Source of the DNA: Octopus sinensis
Lineage: Eukaryota
Assembly: GCF_006345805.1 (NCBI RefSeq)
Contig: NC_042998.1
Coordinates: 102,982,001-103,046,000 of the forward strand
Length of the DNA stretch: 64,000 bases
Direction: 5' to 3'
The notes beneath the pieces are model-generated. The model worked only from the letters and a program-made list of their open reading frames with translations. It searched no databases and was not told where the DNA came from. The position numbers and the translations under genes were made by a program. Within the stretch, counting starts at the first letter, position 1. Every line of letters begins with the position of its first letter. Below, piece after piece: positions 55,265-64,000 of this stretch.

Positions 55265-55525
55265 TATTGAACTCACTCGTAGAAGTCGACGTATGAGTGT
55301 TCAGCTCTCGCCGACCGACCAGCAAGAATAATTTGTTTATAGCGATCAAATGTTTCCATCAAATCGACGTTGTCTGAATAGATGTACGGTGTACCACGCA
55401 TCAGGTATGGAAGCGATCGCAGAGAAAGGTGAGATGAAGTACTTTGCTGAAGAGCACAATGCACCACTGGTCAACGAATTGAAATCGTTAGTGCAACACC
55501 CTAACCACTAAGCCATGCGCCCTCA
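55265..55525 (-). mobile_element. tRNA-derived SINE family 4
   Basis: Minus head gggcgcatggcttagtggttagggtgttg. Body (tggtacac..aacgt.ga.t.gatg..atttgatc.ctata.acaaat) shared with 39275-39485. Confidence 0.7.
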
Positions 55526-55526
55526 C

Positions 55527-55643
<117 letters not shown>

Positions 55644-56069
55644 TATATATATATTGTTGCTATTATGCACCAGAGTCGTAAGTCAAAACCGTTGATTTTT
55701 CAGAAATTTTTGATATCTTGGCATCTGAAGCAAGAGATACGATAGTTTGACAAAAAAACGGCTATTGCAAGCAAGAATAAATATTGAAAAAAAACACATT
55801 TGGCCAATTTACAAGACTATATATTTCTCCCAAGGAATCTAATGCTCTTAGCTTGGTTTTCTCTTGGGGCTGGCCAGATTGGAGCAATCTCAAGATTAAT
55901 CAGCCGAAACGGCGAGGATGATCTGGTTCTTGACTGATGACAGAAAGCTTCGAATAACCCATCCTTGATTTTTTGTATCGTCTATCTGGATGTTTTGTTC
56001 TCCCTTTTATAGCAAGGGATATATATATATAAAAGAAGGTTTGAAAATGCAATTTTAAAAGATATTTAT

Positions 56070-56114
56070 TTACTTTACCGGTTTCACTTTTTAGAAAAAG
56101 TTTGTCAAAAGTAA
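56070..56114 (-). ncRNA. Decayed minimal type I hammerhead (probable 3' end of an old PLE)
   Basis: Minus: TTACTT-TTGACAA-ACTTTT(TCTA)AAAAGT-GAAAC-CG-GTA^AAGTAA. All stems perfect; core CTGANGA altered by two transitions. Confidence 0.5.
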
Positions 56115-57396
56115 CATGTAAAAGTTTGGTTGTGTTAATTATTGGTCGTCACAAAATACTACAATACATATATACATTCTTTGGTAAGAAGAATATGTTA
56201 AGAACATGAAAAAATTTAACAAGTTCATTAAAATATTGGTTACCAAAGATTACAACATATATATACATTCTCAAGAAAATTTTAAAGATAGTTTCCAGAA
56301 GGAATTATTAAAAAGTTCAGTGGAATATTGGTATTGTATATGTATATACATACACGCACAGAATATTATAAGTTCAAAAAAGTTTACATTATAGTAGTAG
56401 GGTAGATTAAACTGACCTGGTCCACCATGTTATCGTAAAAGACGATTTTCTATTTCAAGGGACACTGTAGGTGTGTTTGGGTGGGGGAAGGAAGAGTAAC
56501 AAGGAACTGAAAAGAATTTCTTTTTGTCTCTCCTTCAAGCATCAATGATTTGGGGGATTGGTCTTTAGAGGTCAGAATGGTGCGAGTGTGTGTGTCTTTG
56601 TGTGTGTGTGTATACATATGTAGTGCGATAGATGTGTCTGAGTGTGTTTGTAAAATTTGGTAGGATGGTCTGTGTATATGTGTGCCCGTTTTGTCAACCG
56701 TGCGTGTGATTGTCTTGGTGTTGTGTGTATGTGTGTGCGTGCGTGATTGGTATTTGTCATGGTGCTGTGTGTGTGCATGTGTGTGTATATGTGCGTCTGT
56801 ACGGAGGTCAGAATGGTGTGAGTGTGTGTGTCTTTGTGTGTATATATATATATACATGTGTTTGTGTGTGTGGGCCGTTTTTGTACGGTCCCAGGGTCCA
56901 TTGTGGTGTAAATAGATGTGTGTTTTTAAAATTTGGTAGGATGGTGTGTATATATGAGTGCCCGTTTGTGTGTGTGTGTGTATGTGTATGTGTGCAGATT
57001 CTCTTATTCTGTTTAAAAGATACTAATTACAACGAATTTGCACAAACCGATGCTTTGGCTAGAGAAGTTTTGTTCTAAACTATCACACATTGGGATTAAA
57101 CTTAGAATATATGTTTACGAAGCAAACATTTTAACCCTCATATGTATGGCACGTCTTCCATGTTCTCTCAAATTAATATGCAATTTTATTCAACCATTTT
57201 GGTTAAAACAATTATCATATTCAATAAAAATTAATACCTCTAATTTCTCTTTTATTTGTCTCAGTTTTCTATATTTCTTCAGATATCATTATGGGCTTTC
57301 GCAATAGACTCCATCTTTTCTGTGGAGAGTTGTTTCCACTTCAAGACCGTCATCAAACACTTAGGCAAAGTCATGCTGTAAAGCCACAAATCTACA

Positions 57397-57710
57397 GTTC
57401 TATAGTTAAGAGATGAGGAATTATGTACATTATTTACATTATTTACATTCGACGGATATTTGTCCACGGGCATATGGCACTGTGGTTAAGAGTGCGGGCT
57501 ACTAACCCCAAGATTCCGAGAAGTTACCTGAACAATAATAATTATAGTAATAATAATAACATCGAAGAATACCTTAGGAATGAGAACCCAGGTTCGAAAT
57601 TTCCCGAAGACACATGAAGAAGCTGGAGGGTATATCAGCCGAAACGTTGTGTTAACAACAAACAAGATGAGGACAAATATCCGTCGAATGTAAATAATGT
57701 AAATAATGTA
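57397..57710 (+). mobile_element. Second copy of the tRNA-headed hammerhead element, preceded by a ~70-bp inverted copy of its own 3' end
   Basis: tRNA-like head gggcatatggcactgtggttaagagtgcgggctactaacccc at 57468. Body matches the 25-kb locus. 57422-57465 is the reverse complement of 57671-57710+. 12-bp TSD cacaaatctaca at 57385-57396 and 57711-57722. Confidence 0.85.
57610..57652 (+). ncRNA. Degenerate hammerhead (core C3->A)
   Basis: ACAC-ATGAAGA-AGCTG(GAGGGTATAT)CAGCC-GAAACGTT-GTGT. Probably inactive. Confidence 0.6.
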
Positions 57711-58196
57711 CACAAATCTACATTATTATATTTCTACGTGGGACAACGATGGAGACATACCATGTATGTGGCTTTGCTGGAGATATCAACAAAAACTTAT
57801 TCAGATCTCACGCTACAGTCTCTATAACAGTAAGGACACGTTTGAATAATATATATCCTGTCGTAACTTTTCTGAAATTAAGGCGGGACAGTATCAGATG
57901 CAGCATTTATAATTTTAGGTTAGTTCGATTCTCTTTAGCCTTACAACAACAGTAACAGTATTTTAGAATATTCGCATTTTCCTGTGATTGCGTAAATAAC
58001 TATAATACCTCTATTCTATCTCTATCCTGGCGAAGTTAATATCCGCTCTTTCCCTTTACCACGTTTTATGCAGCTGACAAGACTGTTTCAAGTATAGGTT
58101 TTTATTAGTTGAAAGTTGTACAAAAGCAAATAAGCAGTATATCAGTAAATTATAAGTCAGATCATACATCGTGTAGCATAGCTGTGAGCAAGAGGT

Positions 58197-58239
<43 letters not shown>

Positions 58240-58242
58240 TAT

Positions 58243-58291
<49 letters not shown>

Positions 58292-58420
58292 GGATAGAGA
58301 GGAGAGAGAAAGAGAGAGTGGAGATATAATGACTGATAGATATATGCGTAAGCTTACGTGAGTGTATGTATCTATAGGTGTGGGTGTAGGTGGGTATATG
58401 CCTGCGCGTGTGGTGTTTGT

Positions 58421-58464
<44 letters not shown>

Positions 58465-59532
58465 TGTGTGTGTGTGTCTGTGTATGTGTGTGTGTGTGTA
58501 TGAAAATAATCTTTATTAACTCTTAGAATAGATTGAATTGTAGCGTCGTCTCTGTAACCGGCAATTTCGGTTGGCAAATATGGAAGACATGTTAATCACT
58601 GGAGTCGATTCCTTCAGCCGATTTATCTTCGCTAAAGACTTTGATCGATGGAATTAAGGGCAAAATCATTATGGCAATGATGCATTTCAGTATCAAAGCT
58701 GGCTTATAACTGCCAGTAAATTACGCCAGCTACACAGACAGAAAGAGTCATGTATTAACAAAATTTGCATTCATCCAGCTAATATAAAGATATACATCTT
58801 ATCCGTATCAGTGCATCTAATCAAGAATTCTGTTTGAAGATCAATGGGGATGGAAGAAAAAGCAATCTCAAGAGTTTGCTATAAACTTATCAATGGACAG
58901 AAATGAATAACAAACTATTCCATCATAAATGTATTCAGCAATTTCTAAGGCTAAATTGAGACCAGGGCTAGTTAAAAGGAAGGCGATCGTTTTTTATATC
59001 GTATCTGTAATAAATTTCTTAATTTAAAAACGAGAAAACAATGCAAGTCATACAATGCTATTAGTCAATAGATTTTATATAATGCTAGAAAATTTTACGT
59101 ACTTTCGATAATTAAATATAAATAATTTGCATCTTTGTCTCGTTTTCTTGTATTACTTTCTAGAATGAAATTGAACTGTGTCGTTTATTTCCTTGATAAA
59201 CGTAATTGTAATTCTATTTATGTAAGCATATCAAATTGATTTGAAATATCAAAACCAAAGACGGGTTCCTTTCAATAAACAGGCTCCTGTTCATTATTGG
59301 TACTTATGATACTTGCATTCACAACAGAGATTTCAGCGACACCATTATGCCCGGTGGAATAAAGACGTTTGTACGTAGACTGCCGCCGGAATTAAATGAC
59401 ATTTCATCCTGCGTTCGACTTCCAAAATATTTGGCTCGAAAAGCACGGAAGATAGGATCACAATAGACTGATACTGAAAAGTTGATAACATACCTAATTG
59501 TACAAATGTTAATTCATATACGTCAACCTTTG

Positions 59533-59700
59533 CTTCTAATTTAGGTACATGCTCAGTAATTTGGTGGGAAGAGGTTAGTTGATTAAGTACTGGACTGCTA
59601 CTTTCTTTTATCGAGCTGAAACTGATGAAAGGCCAAGTTGACCGTCGTCGTATTTGAACTTAGAATGTAAAGAGACTGAACAAAGTGCGCAACATTTTGT
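59533..59700 (-). mobile_element. SINE family 2, decayed
   Basis: ctaatttaggtaca..gatgaaaggccaagttgacc..atttgaacttagaatgtaaag matches the 10985-11160 pattern. Confidence 0.5.
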
Positions 59701-60144
59701 TTCTGTTATTTTGATGCATAAAGCTTCTTCCGTTCACCTCCCCCTTGCACATCAATAATGTCATCAAGATTGAAACGAACGTCACATAATTACAAAATCC
59801 GTACCTATGTTGCTATTGTTCGGCATCAGTTCTAGCCTGGTCAAAGAGAGTAAAGGCATTACATAGGTGATCAACCGAATCTTATTTAAAACTACAGGGA
59901 AATAGTCCCTACTTTACGTCCGTTATTGTTTTTAAGACAGTTGGTTGCGATTTGAATTAGATTACCTATTGTTACAAGCGAGCTTCCTGACGTCTCTTCG
60001 ATGGATCATTATGCATACATTTTTATATATAATTTAAGATTGATGTATCCTATTTCACGAGCAAATATGTAGTTGACATTTTGTCTAACAGAAAATAAAT
60101 TGTATGCTATCATGTTTAACGTCTTTTCAAAGATTTGATTATTA

Positions 60145-61820
60145 TCTAATATATAAAATAGAGATGTCTGTGCATCCGCTTTTCACGCGAAAACGACTTC
60201 AATTGCTTCCATACTTGTGATGGTTTCTCAATGTCAATTCCCGGTATTGAAGTAGCAACGGTAAAAAGCGTCACTCTCTATTTTGAGGTTTTCATTTCAA
60301 GTTTTAATTCACTATTCGCAAACAACTACAATAAATTATTGAAGGATATATTTACTAAGTTCACAAATTTAAACATTCCGTGTAAGAGCTTTTATTTATA
60401 CGACGTTTTTCATTTCATGTTTATTTCATCCATTGTTCGCAATATTCTCTCTCAGCCTCCTTCTCTCTCTCTCTCTCTCTCATACACACACACACACACA
60501 AAGATGTATGCATATTTAATTATGTGTGTATGTATATATGACAACACACTCCTTCTCTCTCTCACACACGTCCATTTCATCTGATGTTTGATACGGTGTA
60601 TATGTATTCTACAGTGACGCGAAAATGAGTACAGGTAAGTAGAGTCAATGTTGGATTCTGCAACTCTCTTAACTCTATCAAGTATGTACGCAAATATATA
60701 AACAAAGGAGTAGATGCCGCAACATACACTCTTATGGAGAATGGCAGTCAGCTGATAAATAAAAATGACGAAGATGCACAGTATGACAGAGGAAGATACA
60801 TTAGTACCAATGAGGTTTTTTTGGCGCATCTTCAATTTTCCTATTCATGAGAGGCATCCAGCCATCGTTCATCTGAGTGTCCATCTAGAGAATGACCACA
60901 GGATTATCTTTACAAAATAAACAGCCTTGCAACAAGCACTTTCGTCAAAAGAAACGACCATTACTGCCTTTTTTAAGCTGTATCAAGTAGATGAAGAGGA
61001 TAGAAAATTCCTTTACCCACAATTGCCCAAATATTACACCTGGAGAAACAATAAATGACACAAGAGGAAATATGGGGTTGAAGCTCTTTCAATAGTTTAC
61101 AGTGTACCCCAATCCAAGCAGAATGCTAGTACTTTCACCTCCTTTTGCATTAAGTACCTGGTCCAAAATGATTCCAAGATTTGAGGAGGGTAGATGGTCA
61201 TGTGTATGAAACTTATAGGGAATCATGCCATCAACAAGGTTGTTTTTAGAAAATGATGAACATCGGGACCTTGCATTGACTAAAGCATCAATACCATATT
61301 CTCAAAGGAAACTTCGTAACCTTTTTTCAATTATGCTGAACATGTGACAACTTAGCAGTCTCCTACAGCTTTGGATGAAACATCATTAGGACATGGTCGA
61401 GGGCTTAAAGTATGCAGCTCAACAGACAAACCCAGATATCAATATATAGTTCTCTGAAACAATTTTTAACCAAGCACTGATAGAAATTGAGGATCAAGTT
61501 TTGGCCAATAGAGACAAAGATTTGCAAGAGTCTGGCTCTGGTCTGCCAAATACAAACCATGAAATTCGGGATTTAACTTCAAGAGACATAGCAAGAGAGA
61601 ATAATTACGACATCACAGTCTTAGTTGCATTTGTGAATGAACAGGAACCTAAATTTCTTCCAGAACAACGCTGTGCATATAAGTTTTTATTATTATTTAT
61701 TATTTTAACAGTTATTTTAACGAGTTGTATTTATTTATCACCCGACGAGATACACCTGCAGCACTGGATGCTCCTGAACCAGTTGTTGAGTGCCCTACCC
61801 ATGAGGAATCGATGCTAGAT
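60145..61820 (+). mobile_element. Internally deleted Helitron: 5' terminus plus degraded RepHel fragment
   Basis: A|TCtaatatataaaa 5' end at 60145. From ~60625: NVGFCNS..SIKYVRKYINKG, RYISTNEVFWRIFNFPIHERHPAIVHLSVHLEN, TTITAFFKL, YPQLPKYYTW, PGPK.FQDLRRVDG..YETYRESC (read across frameshifts). Confidence 0.8.
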
Positions 61821-61909
61821 GTGTCAAAATAATTGTCATGATTAATAATAAATTCTCGTGTATTCCATCTTCCGTCTTTCATTTGCCATATACATATATA
61901 TGTATATAA

Positions 61910-61945
<36 letters not shown>

Positions 61946-62209
61946 TATATAATATATATATATATATGTATGTATGTGTGGGGGGCTTGTCTGTATGGGC
62001 TGATATATGTGAGAGTGTATGTGTGACTTTGTGTGTGCTGGTGTAAAATGAATGCAGTAACATAAATCTCAGATATCGATATGCGAACTTTTGGGGCTTC
62101 AACATAATTTTAAAGTTATCATATGGAGAAAATCTATTTAGTTTCGCAAGCACACATTTCGAATACTTACACACACAGACACACACACACGCGTGCTCAC
62201 ACAGACTCA

Positions 62210-62237
62210 AAATAATATATATATATATATTATATAT

Positions 62238-62289
<52 letters not shown>

Positions 62290-62568
62290 GTGTGTGTGTG
62301 TGTGTATGTGTGTATGTATTTGAAAGATGTACAAGTATCTGTCTATCTATCTGCCTTCTTGTCTACTTATACATACATATATAAATATGTATACACAGAC
62401 ATATATATATATACATACATATATATATATACACATACATATGTATATACATACATATACATATACATACATATATATATACACATACATATATATTCAT
62501 ACATATATGTGTGTGTGTGCATATATATATGTGTGTGTGTATAGACAGACAGGTAGACAGACAAATAG

Positions 62569-62659
<91 letters not shown>

Positions 62660-62799
62660 AATAAAAACAGGCAAATAGGAATCCTTAGTAACTATATGGA
62701 TATCAGCTCTTTTACAGACAGGTATATCAATATTCCTATCGATATGCGTTTTTGCAGTCACACACACACACAAATTCCTCGCTCGCCTAAATATGTATG

Positions 62800-62890
<91 letters not shown>
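62210..62890. repeat. Compound (TA)/(TG)/(GATA)/(GA) microsatellite field
   Basis: Direct reading. Confidence 0.9.
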
Positions 62891-62892
<2 letters not shown>

Positions 62893-63242
62893 TATTTGAG
62901 GGTTTGTTTCAATCATAATCAAATGGATAATCTGCCTTCGGAGACTATTGTGAAATATGAAATTATCTCTCTGCAGCACTGGATTAACTTGTTGCAAAAT
63001 ATCGTATGTTATCGAGTGACAGGATAAACTGGAATACCTTGTTTAATAGCACTTTATAAACACCAATTTTAAAGTACGAAATACCCTCTGTAGGCATCCA
63101 AATGATGTTGTACAAAATATCCCTGTCTGCCTAACAATATGTACAGGGTAGGAACTACATGGGTGATTTTGTACGCTTATTTTAAACATATTCTGTATGC
63201 ATGTTTTAAACTTGAACTTTTATATATATATATATATGTACA

Positions 63243-64000
63243 CAGGCATACCTGAACCTACGTCGTTAATAGGTTCCAGGAGATACGACCTAAGTTGATA
63301 GACGACTTAAGTCGAATTAATTTTCTCTAGGCTAGGCTTGTACGCTAGGCTAGTAGGCTAGCCCGAATTTACTTGTCCCTAAGCTAAATCGAGAATAACC
63401 ATTCCCAGTTCTGTATTTTATTTATGAATGCATTTTCAATAATATGTGGTTAATAAAAATCATGTGTGCTAAAATCTTTTCCTTATTATGTGCAATCGTA
63501 GATAGACTTGTCCGACACGTCCCAAAAGATCGTGTATTTGCCATCCTCTTTTCACCATTTTCATGGCGTTTTATCATAGCCAGTTTATCATCCAGCGTTA
63601 TAACATGACGTACAGCTTTTACACTATGAATTTTCGTAGGTGACATGGGGGCAAAAAAAGTCACAAATGAATGAGAATGATAAAGTAGCTGATAAACAGA
63701 CGTAAATCTAAATTCAAAACAATCGCGGTAACCACGAATGACAACGACGGCTAACGGTAGATATTGGAACTACAGTGCAACATGAGCTCCGAAAGACCGA
63801 TAAATAAGCTAACACAGCTGATTTCATGATTTCGTTCACTAAACTACACTACTTTATGGTGTATGCCTTAATATTTACTGTACATATTTTAATGAAATTT
63901 TATATGCTTTTATTTTTATGTATTGTACAGAAACATGATTATAGGTTCTTTTAGCGGTTTTCTAGTGATTTTACGATTCCGATATTTGTGGCGGACAGAC
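63243..64000 (-). mobile_element. Tigger/pogo-like DNA transposon remnant (runs off the window)
   Basis: ORF 63422-63664: VRHVITLDDKLAMIKRHENGEK..SLSTIAHNKEKI resembles the psq/CENP-B N-terminal HTH. TIR-like CAGGCATACC at 63243. Confidence 0.65.

Noticed and set aside
55860-55960. ggctg...cagccgaaac hammerhead-like segment and a nearby ctgatga
   Set aside because: The CUGANGA core is missing in the correct position, and the downstream ctgatga cannot form stem II with it.
57468-57545. Functional tRNA gene
   Set aside because: B box and T-arm are deleted and the acceptor stem does not close; it is a SINE head, as are the other tRNA-like heads in the window.

Overview
AT-rich, microsatellite-dense, gene-poor eukaryotic DNA. 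The SINE/LINE repertoire and repeat density suggest an octopod cephalopod (inference, not verified). No host protein-coding gene can be supported, and most ORF-track entries are microsatellite artefacts. The dominant feature is a young, near-intact, ~11.7-kb Penelope-like retroelement (PLE) on the minus strand (11741-23484), inserted in a (TA)n tract. It encodes RT plus a C-terminal GIY-YIG endonuclease in an ORF broken only by one base in an A10 run. It has a ~5.4-kb 3' region of hierarchical, strand-skewed tandem subrepeats and three ~1.8-1.95-kb pseudo-LTR copies, each with a minimal type I hammerhead ribozyme. Two of those copies form a 3.8-kb asymmetric palindrome. A second notable system is a short tRNA-headed, hammerhead-carrying non-autonomous element present twice (24901-25507, 57397-57710). 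Both copies have PLE-style inverted-end architecture and clear 15-bp and 12-bp target-site duplications, making it a candidate SINE mobilised by PLE machinery. The window also holds three stacked R4/Dong-type RLE retrotransposon relics, a CR1/L2-group LINE sharing its 3' tail with the commonest SINE, a decayed Neptune-like PLE, Helitron and Tigger relics, about a dozen tRNA-SINE copies and an unexplained GC-rich coding-like island (35700-36890). All coordinates and translations were derived by hand, and boundaries of decayed elements are approximate.
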